Below, piece by piece: positions 7,785 to 15,923 of a stretch of 24,000 nucleotides of DNA. The translations under genes were made by a program, and so were the position numbers. The number at the start of each line of letters is the position of its first letter. Position 1 is the stretch's first letter. Below the pieces are notes generated by a model. The model saw nothing but the letters and a program-made list of their open reading frames with translations, was not told where the DNA came from and searched no databases. Origin of the DNA: Kocuria flava (GTDB lineage: Bacteria > Actinomycetota > Actinomycetes > Actinomycetales > Micrococcaceae); NCBI RefSeq assembly GCF_001482365.1, contig NZ_CP013254.1, forward strand, positions 370,548 through 394,547, given 5' to 3'.

Positions 7785-9299
7785 TCAGGCGGCGCCGGAG
7801 GGACGGGCCAGGACGCCGGCGAGGACCTCGAGGGCGTCCGGCAGGGCGTCGTCCCCGGCGGCGTCCCCGCTCGCCCCGAAGCCGACGACGACGCCGCGGC
7901 GGGAGCCCCGGGATCCCTCGGCCCAGTAGGTGCCCAGCGCCGCGACCCGCACCCCGGCGGCGGCGGCGCGGTCGACCACGTCCTGCTCCTCGAGCGGGAC
8001 CTCGCCGGTGAACTCCAGGACGGCGTGCAGCCCGCCGTCCATGGGCACGGCCCGGACGCCGGCCGTCCCGGCCAGCGCGGCGGCGAGCAGGTCCCGGCGG
8101 CGCCGGTACTCCCGGCGCATCCGGGCGGTGTGCCGGCGCAGCCCGCCCGCGGCGAGGAACCGGGCCAGGGCGTCCTGGGCCACGGCCGAGGCGGGGTTGC
8201 CGAGGTCGGTGCGCAGCCGCAGCAGCTCCTCCCGCAGCGCGGGCGGGGGCAGCAGGTAGCCGACGCCCAGGCCGGGCGCGAGGACCTTGGTGAAGGAGCC
8301 GAGGGTCGCCACGTGCCCGCCGTCGTCGGCCCCCGGGGCGCGGTCGAGGGCCGCGAGCGCCGGGAGGGGCTCGCCCACGTAGCGCAGCTCCGAGTCGTAG
8401 TCGTCCTCGACGACCAGGGCCCCGTGGGCGCGGGCCCAGCCGAGCAGCTCGAGCCGGCGGGCCGCGGGCATGGACGCGCCCAGGGGGTACTGGTGGCTGG
8501 GGGTGACGACCACCGCGTCCGGGGCCCGCTCGACCTCCCAGTCCCCGGCCGCCCCCCAGGCGCCGGCGGGCAGCCGGGCGGGGTCGAGGCCGTGGGCGTC
8601 GAGGGGCACGGGCAGCACCTCGTGGCCCAGCCGCTGCGGGACCCGGCGCAGGGACGGGTAGCCGGGGTCCTCGACGGCCACGCGCAGCGGGCGCCCGGCG
8701 CGCCCGTGCAGCACGGCCAGCAGCAGCTGGAGGCCGTCGCGGGCACCGGTGGTCACGAGCAGGTCCTCCGGGTCGCGGACCACCCCGCGCATCAGCCGCA
8801 GGTGCTCGGCGATCTGCTCCCGCAGCGCGGCGGAGCCCTGCGGCGGGGGCGGGGCGGCGCCGGCGGCCGCCGCGGCGGCGTCGCGCCACGCGGCCCGCCA
8901 CGCGGGGGTCGCCAGGCGGGCGGTGTCGGGGCGCCCGGGGGTGAGGTCGATCATCGGCCGCTCCCGCCGCGGCCGGGCCGCCCGCACCGGCCGGGCGTCG
9001 GCCGTCCCGGCCGGGGGCGCCGGTGCCGCCGGGCGGGCGAGGTCGGGGTGGACCACGGTCGCCTCGGTGGTCGCGTGCAGGTAGCCCTCCCCGTGCAGCT
9101 GGTCGTAGGCGGTGACCACCGTGCCGCGGGAGACGCCCAGCCGGGCGGCCAGCCCGCGGGTCGGGGGCAGGGGCTCCCCAGGGCGCAGGGCCCCGGAGAC
9201 CACGAGCTCGCGCAGCTGCCGGACCAGCTGGGCCGGCAGCGGGACCAGGTCGGAGCGGTCGAGCCGCAGCGGCAGTTCGGCGCCGTGGGGGTGCCGCAC
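7785..9299 (-). CDS. pdxR: MocR-subfamily GntR regulator with aminotransferase-like domain; PdxR-type regulator of pdxST
   Basis: Track ORF 7785..9338. It has an N-terminal GntR winged-helix domain ([54 protein letters not shown]). A Pro/Ala-rich linker follows, then a fold-type-I aminotransferase-like domain with the PLP-lysine motif ([17 protein letters not shown]). It is divergent from pdxS. I prefer the GTG at 9297-9299, preceded by AGGAGG (9305-9310, 5-nt spacer), over the track start at 9338. Confidence 0.85.
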   Translation of the reverse strand: MRHPHGAELPLRLDRSDLVPLPAQLVRQLRELVVSGALRPGEPLPPTRGLAARLGVSRGTVVTAYDQLHGEGYLHATTEATVVHPDLARPAAPAPPAGTADARPVRAARPRRERPMIDLTPGRPDTARLATPAWRAAWRDAAAAAAGAAPPPPQGSAALREQIAEHLRLMRGVVRDPEDLLVTTGARDGLQLLLAVLHGRAGRPLRVAVEDPGYPSLRRVPQRLGHEVLPVPLDAHGLDPARLPAGAWGAAGDWEVERAPDAVVVTPSHQYPLGASMPAARRLELLGWARAHGALVVEDDYDSELRYVGEPLPALAALDRAPGADDGGHVATLGSFTKVLAPGLGVGYLLPPPALREELLRLRTDLGNPASAVAQDALARFLAAGGLRRHTARMRREYRRRRDLLAAALAGTAGVRAVPMDGGLHAVLEFTGEVPLEEQDVVDRAAAAGVRVAALGTYWAEGSRGSRRGVVVGFGASGDAAGDDALPDALEVLAGVLARPSGAA

Positions 9300-9330
9300 G
9301 TGCGCCTCCTGTCGTCGTCGTCCGCCCTCT

Positions 9331-9372
9331 TGGTCCACCGGATTCTACGCCCGGTGGACCTGTCGGTGGACC
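9331..9372. promoter_or_regulatory. Candidate PdxR operator: three GGTGGACC boxes (one inverted, two direct)
   Basis: GGTCCACCGG (9332-9341) and CCGGTGGACC (9351-9360) form a perfect 10-bp inverted repeat with a 9-nt spacer. CGGTGGACC recurs directly at 9364-9372, 12 nt after the copy at 9352-9360. All three boxes lie in the pdxR/pdxS divergent spacer. Confidence 0.5.
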
Positions 9373-9388
9373 AGTGGGAGGCCCGACG

Positions 9389-10318
9389 ATGGGGTCCATG
9401 ACCGATCTGCAGACCTCCCCTGCCCAGCCCCTCACGGGCTCCCCCCTCGTCAAGCGCGGCCTGGCCGACATGCTCAAGGGCGGCGTCATCATGGACGTCG
9501 TCACCGCGGAGCAGGCGCGCATCGCCGAGGACTCCGGGGCCGTGGCCGTCATGGCCCTCGAGCGGGTGCCCGCCGACATCCGCGCCCAGGGCGGCGTGGC
9601 CCGCATGTCCGACCCGGACCTCATCGAGGCGATCGTGGACACCGTCTCGATCCCGGTGATGGCCAAGGCCCGCATCGGCCACTTCGTCGAGGCCCAGGTG
9701 CTCGAGCACCTCGGCGTGGACTACATCGACGAGTCCGAGGTGCTCTCCCCCGCCGACTACGTCCACCACATCGACAAGCAGCGCTTCACCGTGCCGTTCG
9801 TGTGCGGGGCGACCAACCTCGGCGAGGCCCTGCGCCGGCTGGCCGAGGGCGCGGCCATGATCCGCTCCAAGGGCGAGGCCGGCACCGGTGACGTCTCGGA
9901 GGCCACCAAGCACATCCGCACCATCCGCGGCCAGATCGCCGAGCTGCAGGGCCTGTACCGGGCCGCGCCGGACGCGCTCTACGTCAAGGCCAAGGAGCTC
10001 GCCGCGCCCTACGACATCGTCCTCGAGGTCGCCCGGACCGGGAAGCTGCCCGTGGTGCTGTTCACCGCCGGCGGCGTGGCCACCCCGGCGGACGCGGCCA
10101 TGATGATGCAGCTCGGCGCCGACGGCGTGTTCGTGGGCTCCGGGATCTTCAAGTCCGGCAACCCTGCCGCCCGCGCCCAGGCCATCGTCAAGGCCACCGC
10201 CTTCTACGACGACCCCGAGAAGATCGCCGAGGCCTCCCGCGGGCTCGGCGAGGCCATGGTCGGGATCAACGTGGCCGACCTCCCGGCCCCGCACCGGCTC
10301 GCGGAGCGCGGCTGGTGA
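9389..10318 (+). CDS. pdxS: Pyridoxal 5'-phosphate synthase, lyase subunit PdxS
   Basis: Track ORF 9374..10318. The hallmark sequences [56 protein letters not shown]...[32 protein letters not shown]...[13 protein letters not shown] are present. I prefer ATG 9389, with GGGAGG at 9376-9381 and a 7-nt spacer. ATG 9398 and GTG 9374 are alternatives. Confidence 0.95.
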   Translation: MGSMTDLQTSPAQPLTGSPLVKRGLADMLKGGVIMDVVTAEQARIAEDSGAVAVMALERVPADIRAQGGVARMSDPDLIEAIVDTVSIPVMAKARIGHFVEAQVLEHLGVDYIDESEVLSPADYVHHIDKQRFTVPFVCGATNLGEALRRLAEGAAMIRSKGEAGTGDVSEATKHIRTIRGQIAELQGLYRAAPDALYVKAKELAAPYDIVLEVARTGKLPVVLFTAGGVATPADAAMMMQLGADGVFVGSGIFKSGNPAARAQAIVKATAFYDDPEKIAEASRGLGEAMVGINVADLPAPHRLAERGW

Positions 10319-10917
10319 GCTGCGCGCCCCGGGTCGGGGTGCTCGCCCTGCAGGGCGGGGTCGCCGAGCACGCCGCGATGCTGCGGGGCCTCGGCGCCGA
10401 GCCCGTGCTCGTGCGCACTCCGGAGCACCTCGCCGGGCTGGACGCCCTCGTGCTGCCCGGCGGGGAGTCCTCCACGATGGACCGGCTGCTGCGGCTCTTC
10501 GGGCTGCGCGAGCCGCTGCGGGCGGCGGTGCTGGGCGGGCTGCCGACCCTGGGCACGTGCGCGGGGCTGATCCTGCTCGCCGCCGCGATCGAGGACCCGG
10601 CCCCCGGCCAGCGCGGCCTCGAGGTCCTGGACGTCACGGTCGCCCGCAACGCCTTCGGCCCGCAGGCCGCCTCCGAGGAGACCGTCCTGGCCTGGGGCGA
10701 GGAGCGGGCCCCGGTGCGGGCGGCGTTCATCCGGGCGCCGGTCGTCACCCGCACCGGTCCCGGCGTGGCGGTCCTGGCCCGTCACCGCGGGCAGGTCGTC
10801 GCGGTCGCGAGCGGCAGCGTGCTCGGGATCTCCTTCCACCCGGAGCTCACCGGGGAGACCGCGGTCCACGAGCGGCTGCTGGCCCTGGCGGCGGGACGGC
10901 GGGCCGCCGCGGCCTGA
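10315..10917 (+). CDS. pdxT: Pyridoxal 5'-phosphate synthase, glutaminase subunit PdxT
   Basis: Track [25 protein letters not shown]...[11 protein letters not shown]...[11 protein letters not shown]...[10 protein letters not shown] carries the class I glutamine amidotransferase Cys-His-Glu pattern. The GTG start overlaps the pdxS stop (GTGA at 10315-10318). Confidence 0.93.
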   Translation: MSCAPRVGVLALQGGVAEHAAMLRGLGAEPVLVRTPEHLAGLDALVLPGGESSTMDRLLRLFGLREPLRAAVLGGLPTLGTCAGLILLAAAIEDPAPGQRGLEVLDVTVARNAFGPQAASEETVLAWGEERAPVRAAFIRAPVVTRTGPGVAVLARHRGQVVAVASGSVLGISFHPELTGETAVHERLLALAAGRRAAAA

Positions 10918-10935
10918 GCACGGGCCGCGCACCGC

Positions 10936-10989
10936 ACGCACGGGGCGGCCCCGGGAGTCCTGTCCGGACCCCGGGGCCGCCCCGTGCGT
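10936..10989. terminator. Bidirectional hairpin terminator between convergent pdxT and a USP gene
   Basis: ACGCACGGGGCGGCCCCGGG (10936-10955) pairs perfectly with CCCGGGGCCGCCCCGTGCGT (10970-10989). This gives a 20-bp stem and a 14-nt loop that can itself pair (GTCC..GGAC). Confidence 0.6.
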
Positions 10990-11003
10990 CGCGGGCCGGG
11001 CGC

Positions 11004-11891
11004 TCAGTCCTTCCGGCGGGAGGGCACGACCATCACGGGCCCGCGCCCGTCGTTGAGCACGGCCTGGGAGACCGAGCCCATGAGCAGCCCCCGGAAGCCG
11101 CCGTAACCGCGGGAGCCGACGACGAGCAGCGCCGCCGGGCGGCCGGCGTCGACGAGCCGCTCGGTGGGCGCGCCCGAGAGCACCGCCGTGGTCACGTCCA
11201 GCCCGGGGCGGTCCGCGCGCACCGCGGCGGCGACCTGGTCGACCATCGCCTGGGCCGGGCCCACGAGCTGCTCGCGCACGGCCCGGTCCAGGTCGGCGGA
11301 GGCCGTGGGCATGCTCAGGGCCTCCGGGATCACCGTGAGCAGGACGAGGCCGAGCCCGTGGTCCTCGGCCCAGCGGGCGGCGGCCTGCACGGCGGGGTTG
11401 TCCCGGCCCAGCCGGTCCACGCCCACCACCACGCGCCCGTCGAAGGCCGTGCCCGGCCGCGGCGCCGCCCCGGGGTCCCAGCCCTCCGGCAGCACCACGA
11501 CGGGGCAGGCGGCGTGCGCGGCGACCGCCGCGGAGACGGAGCCGAGCCGGCCGCGCACGCCGTGGCGGCCGCGGCGGCCGACGGCGAGCACCGCCGCGCC
11601 CCGGGACTCCTCGACGAGCACCCCGGCGGCGTCCCCGCGCTCCACGACCGCGACCGCCTCGACACCCTGCTCCCGGGCCCGGCCCACCGCCGTGGCGGCG
11701 ACCTTGTCCGCCTCCTCCTCGATCGCCTCCAGGAAGGGCCCGTACAGGCTCGGGTCCACGGCGACCGGCCGGCCCATGGACACGACCACCCGCAGCGGCG
11801 CCGCCGTGGCGGCGGCCTCGCGGACGGCCCAGTCGAGGGCGCGGTCGCTGTTCTCGGAGCCGTCGTAGCCGACGACGATCTGCGCTGCCAT
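11004..11891 (-). CDS. Tandem-domain universal stress protein (UspA family), 295 aa
   Basis: Track ORF with two USP domains. The first begins IVVGYDGSENSDRALDWAVREAA and carries VLAVGRRGRHGVRGRLGSVSAAVAAHAACPVVVLP. The second ends LLVVGSRGYGGFRGLLMGSVSQAVLNDGRGPVMVVP, which is the G-x2-G-x9-G-S motif. AGGAGG lies upstream (11909-11914). Confidence 0.85.
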   Translation of the reverse strand: MAAQIVVGYDGSENSDRALDWAVREAAATAAPLRVVVSMGRPVAVDPSLYGPFLEAIEEEADKVAATAVGRAREQGVEAVAVVERGDAAGVLVEESRGAAVLAVGRRGRHGVRGRLGSVSAAVAAHAACPVVVLPEGWDPGAAPRPGTAFDGRVVVGVDRLGRDNPAVQAAARWAEDHGLGLVLLTVIPEALSMPTASADLDRAVREQLVGPAQAMVDQVAAAVRADRPGLDVTTAVLSGAPTERLVDAGRPAALLVVGSRGYGGFRGLLMGSVSQAVLNDGRGPVMVVPSRRKD

Positions 11892-11924
11892 GGCCAGGGG
11901 ACCTCCTGAGGGTCGAGGGGCGGA

Positions 11925-12881
11925 TCAGGCCGGGTGCGAGGGGACGACCATCACGGAGCCCGTCGCGTTCTCGAGCACCGCCTGGGAGACCGAGCCCAGC
12001 AGCAGCCCGCGGAACCCGCCGATGCCCCGGGAGCCGACCACGACCAGCTCGGCGGAGTCGGTGGCGCGCATGAGGATCCGCGCCGGGCGGCCCACGAAGA
12101 TGTGGTGCTCGACCTCGAGCTCGGGGTGCTCCGCGGCGATCTCGCGGGAGATCTCGGCGAGCTTCTGCTCGGCCTCGTGGAAGTAGCGGGCCTGGTTGAA
12201 CTCGTCCTGGAACCAGGAGGGCGTGCCGGACAGGGCGCCGTTGACCGAGACGAGCGCGAGCTTGCTGCCGTGGCCCCGGGCGTACTCGACCGCCTGCCAC
12301 AGGGCCGGGTTGCGGGCGCCGAGGGCGTCGAGGCCCACGACCACGCGCCCGGAGAAGTCGATCTCGTCGACCTTGACGGGACCGTTGGGCTCGAGGGCCA
12401 TGTCCCCGCCGCCGCCGTGCCGGGCGGGGCGGTCCTCGGAGGCCTCGGGGACGATGATGACGGGGCACTTGGCGTGGGCGGCCACGGCCGCCGAGACCGA
12501 GCCGAGCCGGCCGCGCAGGGCGCCGCCGCGGCCGCGCTTGCCCATGACCACGAGGGCGGCGCCCTCGGACTGCTCGACGATCGCCTTGGCGGCGTCGCCG
12601 CCGGCCTCGACGGTCTCGGCCTGCACCCCGGCCTGCTGGGCGAGCTCGCGGGCCTCCGCGAGGTGCTCGGCGTTCTCCTTCGTCACCGCCTCGGTGAAGC
12701 GCTGCTCCAGGCCGGGGTCGCCCACGCCGATGACCGGGTAGGCGCCGACGAGCCGGACGGGCAGCTCGAGCGCACGGGCCTCCTCGAGCGCCCGCTGGAG
12801 GGCGTGGCGGGCCTGGTCGGAGCCGTCGATGCCCACGATCACGGCGGAGGTCTGGTTGTTGTCGCGAGGCGCAGTAGTCAT
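11925..12881 (-). CDS. Tandem-domain universal stress protein (UspA family), 318 aa
   Basis: Track ORF. It has VIVGIDGSDQARHALQRALEEA, LVVMGKRGRGGALRGRLGSVSAAVAAHAKCPVIIVP and a second domain LVVVGSRGIGGFRGLLLGSVSQAVLENATGSVMVVP. It is a paralogue of the adjacent USP gene. Confidence 0.85.
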   Translation of the reverse strand: MTTAPRDNNQTSAVIVGIDGSDQARHALQRALEEARALELPVRLVGAYPVIGVGDPGLEQRFTEAVTKENAEHLAEARELAQQAGVQAETVEAGGDAAKAIVEQSEGAALVVMGKRGRGGALRGRLGSVSAAVAAHAKCPVIIVPEASEDRPARHGGGGDMALEPNGPVKVDEIDFSGRVVVGLDALGARNPALWQAVEYARGHGSKLALVSVNGALSGTPSWFQDEFNQARYFHEAEQKLAEISREIAAEHPELEVEHHIFVGRPARILMRATDSAELVVVGSRGIGGFRGLLLGSVSQAVLENATGSVMVVPSHPA

Positions 12882-12887
12882 GGTCGC

Positions 12888-12893
12888 ATCGTA
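12888..12893 (-). promoter_or_regulatory. Candidate -10 hexamer (TACGAT) placed for a leaderless transcript of the 11925..12881 USP gene
   Basis: The minus strand reads ...CACC TACGAT GCGACC ATG. This is a TANNNT-type -10 box 6 nt before the ATG, with no Shine-Dalgarno sequence in between. Confidence 0.3.
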
Positions 12894-12944
12894 GGTGATC
12901 CGCGCTACGTTCCCGGTCCGGATGCGCCGTTGTTACCGGTCCGG

Positions 12945-14297
12945 TCAGCGGGCGGCGGCGGTCAGCCACGCGTCGGAGCGGGCGCGCAGGCCGAGGGTGA
13001 GCGCCCGGGCCCCCATGTAGCCGCCGGCGTAGGCCGTCCACAGCCACACGAGGCCCGCGGTCCCGTCCCCGCCGCGGGCGGCGACGAGGCCCAGCAGCGG
13101 CAGGTAGAGCACGAGGTTGAGCACCCCGGCGAGGGCGAGGTAGCGGGCGTCGCCGGCGCCGATGAGCACGCCGTCGAGGACGAAGACGTAGGAGGCCAGC
13201 GGCTGGCCGACGGCGACGACGACGAGGGCCGCCGCGAACAGCGCCTGCACCGCGGGGTCGGGGCTGAGCAGGAAGCCCAGGCGGGTCCCGACCAGTGCCA
13301 CGAGCACGCCCGTGACCACGCCGAAGCTCAGCCCCCACAGCACGAGCCGGTCCATCAGCTCGCGCACCGCGCGCCGCCCCGCCGGGTCGCGCAGGTCCCG
13401 GGCCCCGGTCTCGCGGCCCAGCAGCGCCTGCGCGGCGATCGCCAGGGCGTCCAGGGCGAAGGCGAGGAAGTTGAAGACGGTGAGCACGAGCTGGTGCGCG
13501 GCGAGGTTCTCGGCCCCCTGGCCGGTGACCACGAGCAGGGTGGTCACGATCGCCACGCGCAGGGAGACGGTGCGCAGCATCAGCCACGACCCCACGGTCA
13601 GGTGGGCGCGGACCCGGGCCGGGCTCGTGGCGGCCCCGACCCCCTCCGCCCGGGCCAGCCGCACGACGATGCGCAGGTAGGCCAGGGCCATGGCCCACTG
13701 CACCGCCGAGGTGCCCAGGGCGGCGCCCGCCACCCCGAGGCCCGCCCCGTGGACGAGCACGAGGTTCAGCCCGGCGTTGGCCGCGGCCCCCACCCCGGCG
13801 ATGACCAGCGGGGTGCGGGTGTCCTGCAGGCCTCGCAGCACCCCCGTGGCGGCGAGCACGAGCAGCATCGCGGGCAGGCCCGGCAGGGACCAGAGCAGGT
13901 AGGTGACGGCGTGGTCGAGCACGGCCCCGCTCGCGCCCGTGGCCGCGAGCAGCGGCCGGCCCAGCACCGCGCCGGCCCCGGCGAGGAGCACGCCCAGCCC
14001 CGCGGCGACCCACATCCCGTCCCGGCCCACGGCGAGCGCCTCCCCGAGCCGGCCGGCGCCGAGGTGGCGGGCCACCGCCGGCGTCGTGGAGTAGGCCAGG
14101 AAGACCATCAGCCCCACGACCGTCTGCACCACGGTCGCCGCGACACCGACGCCGGCGAGCTGCGGGGTGCCGAGGTGGCCGACGATCGCCGAGTCGGCGA
14201 GCAGGAACAGCGGCTCGGCCACGAGCGCGCCGAAGGCGGGCACGGCCAGGGCCAGGATCTGCCGGTTGAGACCGCGGGGGCGGGAGGTGGTGGTCAC
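12945..14297 (-). CDS. MATE family efflux transporter (DinF-like), 450 aa
   Basis: Track ORF. The N-terminus LNRQILALAVPAFGALVAEPLFLLADSAIVGHLGTPQLAGVGVA is the typical MATE/DinF N-terminus. About 12 TM segments. GTG start at 14295-14297. Confidence 0.9.
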   Translation of the reverse strand: MTTTSRPRGLNRQILALAVPAFGALVAEPLFLLADSAIVGHLGTPQLAGVGVAATVVQTVVGLMVFLAYSTTPAVARHLGAGRLGEALAVGRDGMWVAAGLGVLLAGAGAVLGRPLLAATGASGAVLDHAVTYLLWSLPGLPAMLLVLAATGVLRGLQDTRTPLVIAGVGAAANAGLNLVLVHGAGLGVAGAALGTSAVQWAMALAYLRIVVRLARAEGVGAATSPARVRAHLTVGSWLMLRTVSLRVAIVTTLLVVTGQGAENLAAHQLVLTVFNFLAFALDALAIAAQALLGRETGARDLRDPAGRRAVRELMDRLVLWGLSFGVVTGVLVALVGTRLGFLLSPDPAVQALFAAALVVVAVGQPLASYVFVLDGVLIGAGDARYLALAGVLNLVLYLPLLGLVAARGGDGTAGLVWLWTAYAGGYMGARALTLGLRARSDAWLTAAAR

Positions 14298-14303
14298 CGG
14301 ACC

Positions 14304-14309
14304 AGGCTA
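14304..14309 (-). promoter_or_regulatory. Candidate -10 hexamer (TAGCCT) placed for a leaderless MATE transcript
   Basis: The minus strand reads ...GGTCGC TAGCCT GGTCCG GTG. This is a TANNNT hexamer 6 nt before the GTG start, with no SD. Confidence 0.25.
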
Positions 14310-14351
14310 GCGACCCGCCCCGACCCCGCCTCTCCCCCGCCCCCGAGCGCT

Positions 14352-14443
14352 CCTCCCGCGGGATCCCCCGCCGGCCGCGGGCCCCCACGCCCGCGGCGGG
14401 GCCGGCGCGAGGCCGCGCGGCGGCCGGGGGATCCCGCGGGAGG
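14352..14443 (-). terminator. Long GC-rich inverted repeat downstream of the S4-domain gene (probable terminator)
   Basis: CCTCCCGCGGGATCCCCCG (14352-14370) is the perfect reverse complement of CGGGGGATCCCGCGGGAGG (14425-14443), giving 19-bp arms. Further imperfect pairing occurs inside (CCGCGGGC 14375-14382 / GCCCGCGG 14389-14396) and outside. It starts 13 nt after the S4 gene stop. Confidence 0.45.
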
Positions 14444-14455
14444 GGCGGGAGGGGG

Positions 14456-14833
14456 TCACAGGCCGCGGAGGCGGTCCGTCTCCCGGCGGTCCTTCTTCGT
14501 CGGCCGGCCCGCGCCCCGCTCGCGGCGGGGCACGGCCGCGTGCAGGGCCGGCGTGCGGGGCGGGCTGCGGTCCACGTAGGCCTGCGCGGCCACGGGCGCC
14601 CCCACCCGCTTGGTCAGAAGCCGCACGACCTCGAGCACCTGCTCGTGGCCGGGCCGGCGCACGCTCACCCGCTGGCCCGGCCGCACCGGCTGGGCGGCCT
14701 TGACCGAGGTCCCGTCGATCTTCACGTGCCCGGCCCGGCACGCCGCGGTGGCGGCGGAGCGGGTCCTGAACACGCGCACCGCCCACAGCCACACGTCCAC
14801 GCGCACGGTGGCCGGCGCCTCCGTCGTCGTCAT
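14456..14833 (-). CDS. RNA-binding S4 domain protein (Hsp15/HslR-like), 125 aa
   Basis: This is the C-terminal 125 aa of track ORF 14456..16024: MTTTEAPATVRVDVWLWAVRVFRTRSAATAACRAGHVKIDGTSVKAAQPVRPGQRVSV.... The RxDxWLWxxRxxKTRSxA pattern is typical of S4-domain proteins. ATG 14831-14833 is preceded by GGAGG. Confidence 0.8.
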   Translation of the reverse strand: MTTTEAPATVRVDVWLWAVRVFRTRSAATAACRAGHVKIDGTSVKAAQPVRPGQRVSVRRPGHEQVLEVVRLLTKRVGAPVAAQAYVDRSPPRTPALHAAVPRRERGAGRPTKKDRRETDRLRGL

Positions 14834-14959
14834 CTCGCCTCCGTCCCCGAAAGTGGTGCACGCCACAGCGGGCACCGGATTGCCCATACACTGAAGCACA
14901 TTCACCGGCCGGCCGCGGCCCCCGCCCGGTCCGCCACCGCCCGACGGAAGGACAGTTCC

Positions 14960-15847
14960 ATGACCAGACCCGCACAGCGCCGGACCCGCGGGACCCTGTC
15001 CCTGCTCGCCGTCTCCGCGCTCGCGCTCAGCGCCTGCGCCGGCGGCGGCGGGGAGGAGGAAGGCGGCGGCGAGGCCGGCGGCGGGGAGGTGCAGCTGATC
15101 AACGAGGGCACCCTCACGGTCTGCTCGGACATCCCCTACCGCCCGTTCGAGTACACGGAGGACGGCGAGACGGTCGGCTTCGACGTCGACCTGGTCAACG
15201 CGATCGCCGAGGACATGGGCGTGGAGACCGAGTTCATCCGCACCTCGTTCGAGGGCATCCAGTCCGGCGTGGCCCTGGACTCCGACCAGTGCGACCTCGC
15301 GGCCTCGGGGATGACCATCAACGAGGAGCGGGAGTCCGTCATGGACTTCTCCGAGCCCTACCTCGACGACAACCTGGCCCTGCTCGTGACCCCGGACTCC
15401 GGCATCCAGGGGGTCGGCGACGTCGCCGGCAAGCGCATCGGCGTGCAGCAGGCCACCACCGGCGAGGCCCAGGCGCAGGAGAACGGCGCCGAGGTCGTCC
15501 AGTACGAGGACTCGGCGCTGATGATCCAGGGGCTCAACACCGGCGACGTCGAGGGTGTGATCGGCAACATCTCCGTGATGGGCCCGGCCATCACCGACAA
15601 CCCGGACCTGCGCCTGGTCGAGGAGATCGAGACGGGCGAGCAGCTGGGCCTGGCCGTGAAGACCGGCAACACCGCGCTGCTGGAGCAGGTCGACCGGTCC
15701 CTGGCCACCATGAAGGAGGACGGCAGCCTCGCCGAGCTCGAGGCGAAGTGGCTTGGCACCGGCGAGGCCGCCGGCGGCAGCACCGGGGAGCCCACCGGCG
15801 CGAGCACCGCCGACCCGGGGGCCACGGCGGAGCCCACCGCCGGCTGA
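14960..15847 (+). CDS. Amino-acid ABC-transporter-type substrate-binding lipoprotein (family 3 SBP), 295 aa
   Basis: This lies in frame within track ORF 14540..15847. ATG 14960 is preceded by GGAAGGA (14946-14952). The signal peptide has the lipobox LALSAC. The mature part, GTLTVCSDIPYRPFEY...GFDVDLVNAIAEDMG...DLAASGMTINEERESVMDFSEPY..., is typical of polar amino-acid binding proteins. The C-terminus is a Gly/Thr/Ala/Pro-rich tail. Confidence 0.85.
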   Translation: MTRPAQRRTRGTLSLLAVSALALSACAGGGGEEEGGGEAGGGEVQLINEGTLTVCSDIPYRPFEYTEDGETVGFDVDLVNAIAEDMGVETEFIRTSFEGIQSGVALDSDQCDLAASGMTINEERESVMDFSEPYLDDNLALLVTPDSGIQGVGDVAGKRIGVQQATTGEAQAQENGAEVVQYEDSALMIQGLNTGDVEGVIGNISVMGPAITDNPDLRLVEEIETGEQLGLAVKTGNTALLEQVDRSLATMKEDGSLAELEAKWLGTGEAAGGSTGEPTGASTADPGATAEPTAG

Positions 15848-15886
15848 GCCGCCCGGCCCGGGCCGCCCGGGTGTGAGCACCGCCAC

Positions 15887-15923
15887 GGACGCCGTGGCCC
15901 GCGCGGGGCGGGCCACGGCGTCC
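15887..15923. terminator. Hairpin in the convergent spacer between the SBP gene and the USP::APC gene
   Basis: GGACGCCGTGGCCCGC-gcggg-GCGGGCCACGGCGTCC, a 16-bp perfect stem with a 5-nt loop. A second small hairpin, CGGCACGG..CCGTGCCG, lies at 16019-16040 just after the permease stop. Confidence 0.5.

Noticed and set aside
9300-9388. Longer N-termini for pdxR (start 9338) and pdxS (start 9374) as given in the ORF track.
   Set aside because: The extensions would run through the repeat boxes and each other's promoter space. Downstream starts have proper SD sequences (AGGAGG for pdxR, GGGAGG for pdxS). Not fully excluded.
5975-9675. Very long ORFs 5975-8746 (-), 6214-7929 (+), 7653-9401 (+) and 7684-9675 (-).
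   Set aside because: They cross several independently supported genes and intergenic hairpins. Their composition is Arg/Pro/Gly-dominated. They are shadow frames.
14298-14455. Possible guanidine-type or other riboswitch upstream of the MATE efflux gene.
   Set aside because: I compared the minus-strand sequence with what I remember of the ykkC, mini-ykkC (ACGR loops) and guanidine-III motifs. No resemblance was seen. The structure is a simple long inverted repeat placed after the upstream gene's stop.
10204-14579. 1394-aa minus ORF (10204-14388), 881-aa plus ORF (11934-14579) and 450-aa plus ORF (10557-11909).
   Set aside because: These are shadow frames over pdxT, the two USP genes and the MATE gene. 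They have extreme Arg/Gly/Pro content and no motifs.
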